Shown: piece by piece, positions 8,581-19,712 of the stretch
How positions within the stretch are numbered: the stretch's first letter is position 1
How the letters are laid out: each line of letters begins with the position of its first letter
Assembly (NCBI GenBank): GCA_902526795.1
Contig: CABZMF010000001.1
Span: forward strand, 199,458-263,457
Source of the DNA: an uncultured Fidelibacterota bacterium
Lineage (GTDB): Bacteria > Fidelibacterota > Marinisomatia > Marinisomatales > Marinisomataceae
DNA length: 64,000 nt
Reading direction: 5' to 3'
Notes under the pieces: generated by a model
Told to the model about the DNA's origin: nothing
What the model saw: the letters and a program-made list of their open reading frames with translations, nothing else
The model's database searches: none
Program-made: the position numbers and the translations under genes

Positions 8581-8608
8581 AAAAAGGAGCATTTCGATGC
8601 TCCTTTTT
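8581..8608. terminator. Bidirectional intrinsic terminator
   Basis: AAAAAGGAGCAT-TTCG-ATGCTCCTTTTT perfect hairpin with A and T tracts, between convergent genes. Confidence 0.9.
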
Positions 8609-9228
8609 TATTTAACTATGGAATTTTTATGACTGCCAACAATCCCGCTTGAAACTATCATTCTAAAACCTTCTTCAACATCCACATCTGCAGGAGTAGT
8701 ATCCTCCTTAGTAATAATAACAAAATATCCAGATGTAGGATTAGGAGTTGTTGGTACAAAAAGATGGTAGAATTCTTCATTAGTCTCATTTACAGATTCA
8801 CCTGTTACAAATCCTAATGTCCACATTCCTTTTCTGGGATACTCTATATAAACAACTTTTTGAAATGAATCAGTCTGAGATCCGGACAGTGTTTCAATTA
8901 TTTGTTTTGTTGTTCCATATATTGAGTCTATCAAAGGAATTTTTTTGAAAATGCTTTCAAACCAATCTACGACCCTTTTACCGATCACATTTCGGGCTAA
9001 GGCTCCAAAAATTATCAATGCAAAAAATACAATGAATAAACCAACCATGGAACTGAGTAAACCAAATCCTGGAAAAGTTACATCAACAAATTTTTCAAGC
9101 GGTTCTGCAACGGTACCTCCAATCCAAATCGTTACTTCTAAAGTAACTTGTATTACATATACTGTTAGAGCTAGAGGAACTATAGTTGCAATACCTGCTA
9201 TTAGATTCGATTTAATTTTTTCAAACAT
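8608..9228 (-). CDS. DUF502 family membrane protein
   Basis: Two N-terminal TMs; IPLIDSIYGTTKQI, IEYPRKG.W.LGFVT, FVPTTPNPTSGY. Confidence 0.9.
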   Translation of the reverse strand: MFEKIKSNLIAGIATIVPLALTVYVIQVTLEVTIWIGGTVAEPLEKFVDVTFPGFGLLSSMVGLFIVFFALIIFGALARNVIGKRVVDWFESIFKKIPLIDSIYGTTKQIIETLSGSQTDSFQKVVYIEYPRKGMWTLGFVTGESVNETNEEFYHLFVPTTPNPTSGYFVIITKEDTTPADVDVEEGFRMIVSSGIVGSHKNSIVK

Positions 9229-9253
9229 AATTTAATTTATTAAAAAATAGATT

Positions 9254-10135
9254 CTATTTCCTATATATAAGTATAGAACTTCCAAGAATGAACAAGGTTC
9301 CTATAATTTCTTTTGTAGAAAGTACTTCCCCAAGAAAAACCCATCCGAGAAATATAGCAACTATAGGAGGAAAAATAGCTACATAAGTTACTTGTGTTAC
9401 ATTAAGGTATTGATACAGCCAGAAGTAAATTCCCCAAGAAATAAATCCTCCAAATACTATTAAATATAAAGTTGATAGAATGAGCTCATTATTCCATACT
9501 ATGACAGATATATCTTCTTGGAAAAGGAATGATGTTGATAGCATAACAAATCCTGTTAATACTTGACAAACAGCATTCATTTGGTATGGGCCAACTTCAT
9601 CATTATGTTTTTTGTAAAGAACACTCGGATATGCTGCTATAATTATTACTGCAATAAGTACAAGTATAGCTGAAAAGGATTGTGACGCTAAATCAATTTC
9701 TTGATTTGAGCTCATAATAGTAACACCTAAAAGACCAGTAAAGAGCGCTGCAATTTTATTTTTATTAAGTCTTTCAGCTGGATCATCATTAATCATAAAA
9801 TGAGCCATTAAACTTGTAAAAAGAGGAAATAAGCCCCATAAAATAGATGAAATACTTGAAAAAATATATTGTGTAGCCCAATATGTCATTCCATATGATA
9901 AGCTAAAGTTTAAAAGACCAAATGATAAATATAATTTTATTGCTTGAGAAGAAGTTGGTATAGATAATTTTTTATACAATATATATATGTAAAAAATAAT
10001 TCCTGAGAAAAGAAATCTCAACCCTACTCCATAAAATGGCGGAACTCCTGCATTTAAAGAAATTTTGATGAAATACCAAGTTGAACCCCAAATCAAGCAT
10101 AAAGCTATGAATGGAAATAAGATTTTATTATTCAT
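9254..10135 (-). CDS. EamA/DMT family transporter
   Basis: LIWGSTW...K, 10 TMs, PIVAIFLGWVFLGE. Confidence 0.88.
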   Translation of the reverse strand: MNNKILFPFIALCLIWGSTWYFIKISLNAGVPPFYGVGLRFLFSGIIFYIYILYKKLSIPTSSQAIKLYLSFGLLNFSLSYGMTYWATQYIFSSISSILWGLFPLFTSLMAHFMINDDPAERLNKNKIAALFTGLLGVTIMSSNQEIDLASQSFSAILVLIAVIIIAAYPSVLYKKHNDEVGPYQMNAVCQVLTGFVMLSTSFLFQEDISVIVWNNELILSTLYLIVFGGFISWGIYFWLYQYLNVTQVTYVAIFPPIVAIFLGWVFLGEVLSTKEIIGTLFILGSSILIYRK

Positions 10136-11055
10136 TATTTTGAAGACTGATAGATAGAAGCAAGCAAGGCACTTGCAATATATATACTAGAATATGTACC
10201 CACAATAACCCCTACCAACATTGTAAAAGAAAAAGGTCTAATAACTTCACCTCCATAAACCAATAAAACAATGATTACAAATAATGTTGTAAGGGAGGTA
10301 ATTAATGTTCTACTTAATGATTGGTTGATACTTTTATTTATAGTTGATTCAAACATTACTGTACCAGACGATTTCATATTTTCTCTTATTCTATCAAGAA
10401 TAACAATTGTATCATTTAATGAATATCCAACAATAGTTAAGAATGCTGCAACGGTACTTAACGTAATTTCAAATCCTGTTAATGAAAAAACTCCAAGCGT
10501 TATTATGACATCATGAACTAAAGCTAAAATCGCTCCAAGAGCAAATCTAAATTCAAACCGTACGGATATATAAAATAAAATTAATACCAGAGCAGAAATA
10601 ACCGACCATAGTGCTTTTCCACTTAGTTCTGATCCTACTTTAGGACTTACAGAACCTAAAGATAATATGAAGTCATTTTTATTAGTAGGAACTTTATCTG
10701 ACATTGATTTATAAAGGTGGTTAATTACTAATTGACCAAAATTCTCAGGTTCGTTATCAAGAGATTTAATTTTAATCATAACGTCACTTTGACTTCCAAA
10801 GTATTTAATTTCTTCACTACTTAAATCTAATGTTCTTTCATCAATAGATACTGACTTTAGAGCATTTCTAACTTCCTGAATTGAAACATCATCAGAGAAA
10901 TTAATTCCAATTGCTGTACCGCCTTTAAAATCAATACCAAGATTTACACCAATTAAAAGCATTATAATAGAACCAGTAGCTAGTACCGAAGATAGGCCAA
11001 ATCCAAAGGATTTGAATTTCATAAAATTAATATTTGTTTTCTCTAAAAACTTCAT
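10135..11055 (-). CDS. secF: Protein translocase subunit SecF
   Basis: LGIDFKGG, V.PKVGSEL, HDVIIT, GYSLNDTIVILDRIREN, RTLITS.TT. Confidence 0.96.
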   Translation of the reverse strand: MKFLEKTNINFMKFKSFGFGLSSVLATGSIIMLLIGVNLGIDFKGGTAIGINFSDDVSIQEVRNALKSVSIDERTLDLSSEEIKYFGSQSDVMIKIKSLDNEPENFGQLVINHLYKSMSDKVPTNKNDFILSLGSVSPKVGSELSGKALWSVISALVLILFYISVRFEFRFALGAILALVHDVIITLGVFSLTGFEITLSTVAAFLTIVGYSLNDTIVILDRIRENMKSSGTVMFESTINKSINQSLSRTLITSLTTLFVIIVLLVYGGEVIRPFSFTMLVGVIVGTYSSIYIASALLASIYQSSK

Positions 11056-11057
11056 AA

Positions 11058-12854
11058 TTATATACTAAGTTTCTCAATATTTTTTGTTGTTGTTACAAAG
11101 TCAAAAACAAATCTTGTAACAATTATTGCTGTAAACATGCTTACAATAATTCCCCAAAATAATACGGTTGCAAAGCCTTTAATAGGACCACTACCATATT
11201 GATACAATACTGCTGCAGCTATACCAGTAGTCAAATTAGCATCTACAATTGTTCTAATTGCTCTTTCATATCCTGAATCAATTGCAGCTCTTACAGATTT
11301 ACCATTACGTAATTCTTCTTTGATTCTTTCGAAAATAATGACATTAGCATCAACTGACATACCAACGGTCAAAATTAATCCTGCAATGCCAGGTAATGTT
11401 AATGTTGCTTCAAGAAGGGCAAGAACACCCAATAATAAAATTAATGTCCATAAAACAGAGAAACTTGCAATTAAACCGGACATTTTGTAGAACATAACTA
11501 TAAAAATAACAACTAAAAGCAAACCAATTGCCATGGATAATGTTCCCTTACTAATTGAATCTGCTCCTAAAGATGCTCCTACAGTTCTTTCTTCGGCAAT
11601 TGTAACAGGTACTGGTAATGCACCTGCTCTTAAAACAATAGCAATATCTTCAGCTTCTTCAATTGAATCAAGACCCTCTATTACTGTTCCTCCGCCAAAA
11701 ATTTGTCCTCGAATAACAGGTGCCATATGAACTTTTTTATCCAAAACAATAGCAATTCTATTATTTATATTTGCTCCAGTAATTCTAGCCCATTCTCTAG
11801 AACCTTCACTATTCATTTCAACTTCCACAACTGCTTGACCAGCAGTAACACCAGCTTGGCTAAGCCTCATTTGAGCATCTTCAATAACTCCCCCAGTAAG
11901 CTCAGCATTGTCAAATAAATGATATAGAGTATAAAACTCTTCTTCTTCTCCAATTTCATTAATAAGCATTAAAGAAGAATCACTCGTTAATAAAGTACTA
12001 TTAGTTGCTTCCAAAATCTGCTTCACATTTTCCTGCAATAAAATATCTTTAAGTGTATCAAGATTTTCAGAAGAAATAGCTAAATTTCCACCTACGGATA
12101 TTAGCAATGAAGAGAGACTAAATTCTGAATTTACATCTGATTGAAAAAGTTCATTTATTTCATCTTCTTCAACATTCTCATTTTGATTATACGAAGAAAT
12201 AATACTATCAATTTGTCTTATAATGGAGTTAGTACTTTCAACGTTTTTTACTATCATCAGCTCTAATAACGCTGTACTTTGAAGTAGATCTCTAGCTCTT
12301 TCAGGATCTTCAATACCCGCTAATTCAACAATTACTCTATTATTACCTTGCTTTTGAATAGTTGGCTCAGCTACACCAAATTGATCAACACGGTTCTGGA
12401 TGATTTCAATTACCCTTTTAATTGAATCTTCTGATTGAAGTGAAAGTTCGGTAATAATTTGATCTTTTGTCTTTCCATAGTTAATAAAGTATCTAGGTAA
12501 TTTTAAGTTGCTATCATCCGCAATATTTTCAAAAACAGTAAAAAAATCAATTGAAGAATTATTATATTCAACTTTTAATTCATCAAGAAAATTATCAAAA
12601 TTTTTATCTTTATTTTTAGCTAAATTATCTATTAGTTGAGGAAGGTCAACCTCAAGAACAATGTAAATTCCCCCTTTTAAATCTAGTCCTTGTTTAATAC
12701 TTCTAGATTCGAAGTAGTCTTTTTGATCTGAAGAAAGATTGGATACGCTTTTTTCATCCATCATTGCATATCTAATAGTTGGAAGTAATGCATAAGTCCC
12801 TAATCCAAATATAAATAATATGGTTAATAATCTATTTCTTATTGAACTATTCAT
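11058..12854 (-). CDS. secD: Protein translocase subunit SecD
   Basis: GLDLKGG, NRVDQFGVAEP.IQ, LRAGALP, LTLPGIAG..L..GMSVDANV.IFERIKEEL. Confidence 0.97.
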   Translation of the reverse strand: MNSSIRNRLLTILFIFGLGTYALLPTIRYAMMDEKSVSNLSSDQKDYFESRSIKQGLDLKGGIYIVLEVDLPQLIDNLAKNKDKNFDNFLDELKVEYNNSSIDFFTVFENIADDSNLKLPRYFINYGKTKDQIITELSLQSEDSIKRVIEIIQNRVDQFGVAEPTIQKQGNNRVIVELAGIEDPERARDLLQSTALLELMIVKNVESTNSIIRQIDSIISSYNQNENVEEDEINELFQSDVNSEFSLSSLLISVGGNLAISSENLDTLKDILLQENVKQILEATNSTLLTSDSSLMLINEIGEEEEFYTLYHLFDNAELTGGVIEDAQMRLSQAGVTAGQAVVEVEMNSEGSREWARITGANINNRIAIVLDKKVHMAPVIRGQIFGGGTVIEGLDSIEEAEDIAIVLRAGALPVPVTIAEERTVGASLGADSISKGTLSMAIGLLLVVIFIVMFYKMSGLIASFSVLWTLILLLGVLALLEATLTLPGIAGLILTVGMSVDANVIIFERIKEELRNGKSVRAAIDSGYERAIRTIVDANLTTGIAAAVLYQYGSGPIKGFATVLFWGIIVSMFTAIIVTRFVFDFVTTTKNIEKLSI

Positions 12855-12898
12855 AAGTGAGTGAATTTAATACATTAAGATACTTTTTCACTATTTTT

Positions 12899-14077
12899 TT
12901 AAATTATATTTAATGCCTTTCCACAATCTTTAAAAGCATTTATGGCATACTCTAATTGTTCTCTGGAATGAATTGATGAAAGTTGTACCCTAATTCTTGC
13001 TTGATCTTTAGGAACAACTGGAAAAGAAAATGGAATAACGTAAATATTTTTTTCAAGCAACATTTCTGATAAAGCTACATTTTTTTTTGCATCGTAAATC
13101 ATTATTGGTACAATTGGATGTGATTCACCCATAACTTCAAAGCCAATTTCTTTTATTTTTTCTCTAAAGAATAGTGTATTCTGTTCAAGATCCTTTAAAA
13201 GGTTTTTATTTAAGTTAATAATTTCTAATGCTTTTAAGCATGCTACAACTAAAGCAGGAGCAAGACTATTTGAAAAAAGATATGGCCTAGATTTTTGTCT
13301 TAAAGTATCAATAATACTCTTAGAAGCAGATACAAAACCTCCAGATGCTCCACCAAGTGCTTTTCCAAAAGTAGAAGTAATTATATCAACCTTATCTAAT
13401 ACGTTATAATATTCAGCACTACCTTTGCCATTTTTTCCAATAAAACCTGTCGCATGACAATCATCAACCATTATAATCGCATTATACTTTTCAGCTAAAT
13501 TTACGATTTTATCAATTGGAGCTATTGTTCCATCCATACTAAAAACTCCATCAGTAGCAATAAGTTTTATTCTAGCTGTAGATTGACTTAATTTTTTTTC
13601 CAAATCATCCATATCACAGTTTTTATATCTAAATTTTTGTGCTTTGCAAAGTCTAATTCCATCAATGATTGAAGCATGATTAAGTTCATCTGAAAAAACT
13701 GCGTCTTTATCACTTAGAATTGTTTCAAATAATCCACCGTTTGCATCAAAGCATGAAGAATAAAGTATAGTATCATCCTTATTCAAGAATCTGCTGACCG
13801 AATCTTCTAATTCTTTATGAATAGTTTGAGTTCCACATATAAATCGTACCGAACCAAGTCCAAATCCCCATTCTTTGATGGCATTCATCGCTGCTTGTCT
13901 TATTTGATTGTTGTTAGCTAATCCAAGATAATTATTAGCGCAAAAGTTAAGTACCTTTTTACCGTTAACATTAATCTCTGCTTCTTGAGCGGTTTCAATC
14001 ACCCTTTCGTTTTTATAAGTACCTTGATCTTTAATGTCACTTAATTGAGTATTTAAGATTTTATCAATTTCTTTCAT
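12899..14077 (-). CDS. kbl: Glycine C-acetyltransferase (2-amino-3-ketobutyrate CoA ligase)
   Basis: NFCANNYLGLA, SVRFICGTQ, NHASIIDG, TFGKALGGASGG, LRQKSRPYLFSN, ARIRVQLS. Confidence 0.96.
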   Translation of the reverse strand: MKEIDKILNTQLSDIKDQGTYKNERVIETAQEAEINVNGKKVLNFCANNYLGLANNNQIRQAAMNAIKEWGFGLGSVRFICGTQTIHKELEDSVSRFLNKDDTILYSSCFDANGGLFETILSDKDAVFSDELNHASIIDGIRLCKAQKFRYKNCDMDDLEKKLSQSTARIKLIATDGVFSMDGTIAPIDKIVNLAEKYNAIIMVDDCHATGFIGKNGKGSAEYYNVLDKVDIITSTFGKALGGASGGFVSASKSIIDTLRQKSRPYLFSNSLAPALVVACLKALEIINLNKNLLKDLEQNTLFFREKIKEIGFEVMGESHPIVPIMIYDAKKNVALSEMLLEKNIYVIPFSFPVVPKDQARIRVQLSSIHSREQLEYAINAFKDCGKALNII

Positions 14078-15030
14078 TTTATTTTTTCAATAATTTTTTC
14101 AATAAATTCTTTTAAATGTACTTCAGTCGAAAAATTCCAATATTTCTTAGACATACTACAATTTAAACTTGAGGGCCATGTATCTGCAACTGATTGAAAT
14201 TTTTTATCTTTATTAAAAGAAACTGTAAAAATAGGAAATTTTTCTTTCAGAACATCACTTAAATCTTTAGCAGTAAAGCTTATTTCCTGAACATTAAATA
14301 CTCTAAGAGTTGAATCTATTTTCTTTACATTCATAAGCTTTACAATAGAGTAAATAGCTTTATTTATACTAATAAAAGGTAGATTTGTTTGGGGAGATAG
14401 TTTACAATCAAAGTGTTGATTTTTTAGTGCAGCGTGAATCATTTGTGGCGCATAGTCTGTAGTACCTCCTGAAGGTATTGTATCAAAACTGATTACTCCA
14501 GGGAATCTAATTGATCTAAAATCTAAACCAGAATCAATAGATTTACTTTTTTCGTGGATTTTACTCCCATATTGCTCTACAAGAAGTTTGCTGTGACCAT
14601 AGATTGTTGAAGGTTTTATTATGTCTTGTTCTGATGCACATTTTATTTTTCTTGGGCCATAAACAGCTATTGAGCTTGGAAAGAAAAACTTGCATAGAAA
14701 ATTCCTTTTGACAGCATTTTGAAAAGCAAAATCTATCAAATTTTTCGAAGCACCTTCATTAACTTTAATTGAAAGTCCAGGGTTTTTAATTGCAGATTGA
14801 CTTAATATAGCTGCAAAATGATATACTTCAGTTATAAAATTGGTTTCAAAAATTGATTTTATTAAATCATAATTAAGTATGGAGTCTTTTATATATTTAA
14901 CAGATTCAATTTTTCCTTTTGAATCATTCACATCAATAGCAATTATTTGTTTATCAAGACTTACTAGTTCCTTAAGTATTTTACTTCCAATTTCTCCATT
15001 GAATCCTGTAACTAATACTTTTTTATTCAC
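14074..15030 (-). CDS. tdh: SDR-type L-threonine 3-dehydrogenase
   Basis: Extended SDR (YG.SK) with FPGVIS...GGTTDYA; overlaps kbl. Confidence 0.8.
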   Translation of the reverse strand: MNKKVLVTGFNGEIGSKILKELVSLDKQIIAIDVNDSKGKIESVKYIKDSILNYDLIKSIFETNFITEVYHFAAILSQSAIKNPGLSIKVNEGASKNLIDFAFQNAVKRNFLCKFFFPSSIAVYGPRKIKCASEQDIIKPSTIYGHSKLLVEQYGSKIHEKSKSIDSGLDFRSIRFPGVISFDTIPSGGTTDYAPQMIHAALKNQHFDCKLSPQTNLPFISINKAIYSIVKLMNVKKIDSTLRVFNVQEISFTAKDLSDVLKEKFPIFTVSFNKDKKFQSVADTWPSSLNCSMSKKYWNFSTEVHLKEFIEKIIEKIK

Positions 15031-15108
15031 ATACTAAGTTAACTCAGATAAAATGATTTTTTAAAAACTTTGTATTACCCTTATTTAGCATTTAAATTTT
15101 TTAAACCT

Positions 15109-15873
15109 ATGAAAAAAATTATCTCAATAATTAATCAAAAGGGTGGAGTTGGAAAAACTACTACTGCCATTAATTTGGCTGCAAGCTTGGGAATTTTAGA
15201 AAAAAAAACTTTGTTGATTGATTTCGATCCTCAGGCTAATGCAACTACAGGTTTAAAAAATTTTGACATTGAAAATGATTTTTCAATATATGATGCAATG
15301 ATTGGAAATAAAAAAATAGTTGATACTATCTCTAACACAAGTCTGGAGTACATGTACTTTATAAAATCTGATGCAAATCTAGTTGGATGTGAGATTGAAT
15401 TAGTTTCTCTAGCAAACAGAGAAAAGCAACTTTTAAAACTTATTAATAAAATAAAAAAAAATTACGACTATATTTTAATTGATTGTCCACCTTCCTTGGG
15501 TTTATTAACACTTAATGCATTAACAGCATCTTCAGATGTTTTAATACCAATTCAAAGTGAATTTTTTGCGCTTGAAGGTTTAAAAAGTCTTCAAGAGACT
15601 ATAAAAATAGTTAAAAAAAATATTAACGAAAAATTAAATATACTTGGCCTACTTATAACAATGCATACAAAAAGATTAAAACTTTCCAAGAAAGTTGAAA
15701 AATTGTTAAAAAGAAATTTTAAAAATAAATTGTTTATAACTAAAATAAATAGGAATGTTCGTTTGGCTGAAGCTCCAGATGATGGTAAACCAGCAATAAT
15801 GTATGATGTTAATTGTTCTGGAGCGAAAGATTATATGAAATTGGCATTGGAAATAATTAATGAAAAAAAATAA
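15109..15873 (+). CDS. parA: Chromosome partitioning ATPase ParA/Soj
   Basis: NQKGGVGKTTT, D.DPQANAT, IDCPPSLG, NVRLAEAP; start moved to the ATG at 15109. Confidence 0.95.
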   Translation: MKKIISIINQKGGVGKTTTAINLAASLGILEKKTLLIDFDPQANATTGLKNFDIENDFSIYDAMIGNKKIVDTISNTSLEYMYFIKSDANLVGCEIELVSLANREKQLLKLINKIKKNYDYILIDCPPSLGLLTLNALTASSDVLIPIQSEFFALEGLKSLQETIKIVKKNINEKLNILGLLITMHTKRLKLSKKVEKLLKRNFKNKLFITKINRNVRLAEAPDDGKPAIMYDVNCSGAKDYMKLALEIINEKK

Positions 15874-16690
15874 GCAGCTTGGTCAAGGTTTGGGAGCTCT
15901 TTTGACTCCGTCTAAATCAAAAATAGAAGACTTGAGTCAAAGCAGCATACTCCTTAGTAAAATTAAAGCAAATCCAAATCAACCTAGAAAAAATTTTGAG
16001 GATAAATCTTTAAAACAACTTGCTCAATCAATCAAAGAAAAAGGACTAATTAGTCCAATAACTGTTAGAAAATTAGATAATAAGTATATTATTGTTGCAG
16101 GTGAAAGAAGATTTAGAGCTCACAAATTATTAAAAAAGAAAAGAATTTTAGCTTATATCATCGATGCAAATTCTAATAAAGATATAATGTATATGGCTTT
16201 AATTGAAAATATACAGAGGGAAGATTTAAACCCAATTGAGGAAGCAAAAGGATATAAATATTTGAAAGATAATTTAAAATCTTCTATAACTGATATTGCA
16301 AAAACAGTTGGAAAGTCAAGACCAGCAGTTTCAAATGCATTAAGATTATTAAAGCTCCCAAATGAAATTCAAGAAAGTATTTTAAAAGGAGAAATTAATG
16401 CAGGACAAGCACGAGCAATACTTCAAAGAAAGACTTCACAAGGAATGATTGCTCTATGGGTGAAACTTTTGAAGGAAAAAATATCTGTAAGGAAAACAGA
16501 GAAGCTTGCTTCAAAAAGAAAAGTTTCCCCACAATTGCAAAATATCCAAAATAAACTTACAAGATTAATTGGTGAAAAAGTTATAATTAACCAAAACTTT
16601 AAAACAAAAAAAGGTTTTGTAAAAATTAATTTTGATAAAAAAACAATTTCTAGGGTTTTAGATAAGTTAAAATCAATCAAGGCTGACTAA
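15860..16690 (+). CDS. parB: Chromosome partitioning protein ParB/Spo0J
   Basis: LGQGLGALL, NPNQPRK.F, AGERRFRA, ENIQREDL, HTH KSRPAVSNALRLL. Confidence 0.95.
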   Translation: MKKNKQLGQGLGALLTPSKSKIEDLSQSSILLSKIKANPNQPRKNFEDKSLKQLAQSIKEKGLISPITVRKLDNKYIIVAGERRFRAHKLLKKKRILAYIIDANSNKDIMYMALIENIQREDLNPIEEAKGYKYLKDNLKSSITDIAKTVGKSRPAVSNALRLLKLPNEIQESILKGEINAGQARAILQRKTSQGMIALWVKLLKEKISVRKTEKLASKRKVSPQLQNIQNKLTRLIGEKVIINQNFKTKKGFVKINFDKKTISRVLDKLKSIKAD

Positions 16691-16696
16691 AATTTA

Positions 16697-17431
16697 ATGA
16701 AATTAAGTAAATATAAATTTTTATTTATCTCTCCTTTTTCCGATAAATCATGGCAAATAGAATTTAGTAGATTTACATTTATAGCATCAATTGTATCCAT
16801 AACATTTTTATTAATTGGCTCATTTATACTGATATATTTCTCGTCTCCAATTATTAAAGAATTTTTAAGAGTTTCTACTATTAACAAGGAGATAAAAGAA
16901 CAACAGGAAATAATAAATAATATAGATAAGTCTATGGAAGAGATAGCCATTATGAAATCATACATAGATACAATAATTGGTACTGAAGTCACAAGTGAAT
17001 TAGATGAAAATAAAATTAGATTTATGGTTGCAAATAATTTACCAACAGTCAAACCTACAGATGGATTAATTAGTAAATTATATGATATTGAAACTAAGCA
17101 TGTTGGAATAGATCTTGTAAATGAAGTTGGAACCCCAATTTTTGCAACTGCGAGTGGATCTGTAATAATAAGTGATTTTTCTGAAGATTTTGGAAATTTT
17201 ATTATCTTAGATCATCAAAATGGATACATATCACACTACTATCATAATGACGAAAATTTTGTTAAGAAGGGTGATCTAGTTAATGCAGGAGATATTATTG
17301 CAAAATTGGGTAATTCTGGAATGTCAACTGGACCTCATTTACACTTTGAAATTTGGAAAGATGGACAGCCATTAGATCCCAATAATTTTTTTGACGATTT
17401 TAACCTTAAATCTGATAAATTATCTAAATGA
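16697..17431 (+). CDS. M23 metallopeptidase with N-terminal TM and coiled coil (LmdC/Csd1-like)
   Basis: HVGID and STGPHLHFE zinc motifs; TM about aa 26-47. Confidence 0.9.
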   Translation: MKLSKYKFLFISPFSDKSWQIEFSRFTFIASIVSITFLLIGSFILIYFSSPIIKEFLRVSTINKEIKEQQEIINNIDKSMEEIAIMKSYIDTIIGTEVTSELDENKIRFMVANNLPTVKPTDGLISKLYDIETKHVGIDLVNEVGTPIFATASGSVIISDFSEDFGNFIILDHQNGYISHYYHNDENFVKKGDLVNAGDIIAKLGNSGMSTGPHLHFEIWKDGQPLDPNNFFDDFNLKSDKLSK

Positions 17432-17772
17432 AGATTCAATCAAAAGCAACTAATAGTCAAACTATAATAGCTGAAGACGTAGCTATAGATGGTAATGTTG
17501 TATTAAGTGGAAATGTAACTATTTATGGCGAAATTAAAGGTTCTGTCAAAACCAATGGAGCCATTCAGTTAGCTAAGAGCGGAAAAATTTATGGTGATGT
17601 TCAAGCATCAATGATACAAATCAATGGTTATATTGAGGGAGATGCACACATAAATGGTTCTGCTGAACTTTTAAAAGGTTGTGAGTTAGTAGGCAATTTA
17701 AAATACAAAATTTTAACAATTGAGGACGGTGCTCAGTTCTCTGGAAGATGTGATATAATAGTTGACAAATAA
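17428..17772 (+). CDS. Bactofilin (polymer-forming cytoskeletal protein)
   Basis: TII...V.I.G.V..SG.V.I.G.I.G.V beta-helix repeats, L.IEDGAQF.G. Confidence 0.92.
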   Translation: MKIQSKATNSQTIIAEDVAIDGNVVLSGNVTIYGEIKGSVKTNGAIQLAKSGKIYGDVQASMIQINGYIEGDAHINGSAELLKGCELVGNLKYKILTIEDGAQFSGRCDIIVDK

Positions 17773-17959
17773 TAAAAAGACTTTAAGTTCTATTTTGGCT
17801 GAAAGCTATTCTGTCTATTTTGAATTTCTTGGAATCATTATTTCTTGGCTTTTAATAGCTTTTTTATTTTTTGGTGATTTATGGAGAATTATAATAATGA
17901 TTATTGGAGTTTTTCATGCTTCATATCGTGCATATCAGCAAGTAAAAAATAATAATTAG
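17762..17959 (+). CDS. Small 2-TM protein, probable AtpZ/AtpI-like
   Basis: Two TMs; immediately upstream of atpB. Confidence 0.45.
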   Translation: MTNNKKTLSSILAESYSVYFEFLGIIISWLLIAFLFFGDLWRIIIMIIGVFHASYRAYQQVKNNN

Positions 17960-18013
17960 CATTTCAACTTTTTTTTCTGTTTTTCCTGACAACTTTCTAT
18001 TTATATTTCGGCG

Positions 18014-19187
<1,174 letters not shown>

Positions 19188-19205
19188 TCAAAATAAGGAA
19201 ATAAT

Positions 19206-19712
19206 ATGAATCCATTATTAACGCCAGAGCTAGGCACATATGTCTGGTCATTAGTTATTTTTTTAACTGTACTTTTTGTTTTGAAGAAGTATGCTTGGAA
19301 TCCTCTTCTTGATTTTTTAGAAGAAAGAGAAAAGGATATTGCAGAATCTCTTAAAATGGCAGAAAGCGCAAAGTCTGACCTTGAACAAATAAAAGATGAG
19401 TCTGAGAAAATACTTAATGAGGCAAAGAAAGAAGGTAAATCAATTGTAGGAGATAGTAAGCTTAGAGCAGAAGAATCTGCAGCAAAAATTCTTAATGATG
19501 CAAAAGCAAAATCTAATGAATTTCTTGATGATGCGAAGTCAAAAATTGAGATTGAGAAGAAGCGTGCAATTAAAGAAATTAAGGAAGAAGTTGTAGATCT
19601 TAGTCTAGAACTAGCCACAAAGGTTTTACAAAGAAATGTAAAAGATGATGACAATAGTAAGTTTATTAAATCATCATTAGAAGCAGTTAAAGTAGATGAA
19701 GCAAAATCTTAA
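19206..19712 (+). CDS. atpF: F0 subunit b
   Basis: N-terminal TM, LKKYAW.P, long charged coiled coil. Confidence 0.94.
   Translation: MNPLLTPELGTYVWSLVIFLTVLFVLKKYAWNPLLDFLEEREKDIAESLKMAESAKSDLEQIKDESEKILNEAKKEGKSIVGDSKLRAEESAAKILNDAKAKSNEFLDDAKSKIEIEKKRAIKEIKEEVVDLSLELATKVLQRNVKDDDNSKFIKSSLEAVKVDEAKS

Noticed and set aside
15031-17431. parS site near parAB
   Set aside because: I found no TGTTTCACGTGAAACA-like palindrome by eye
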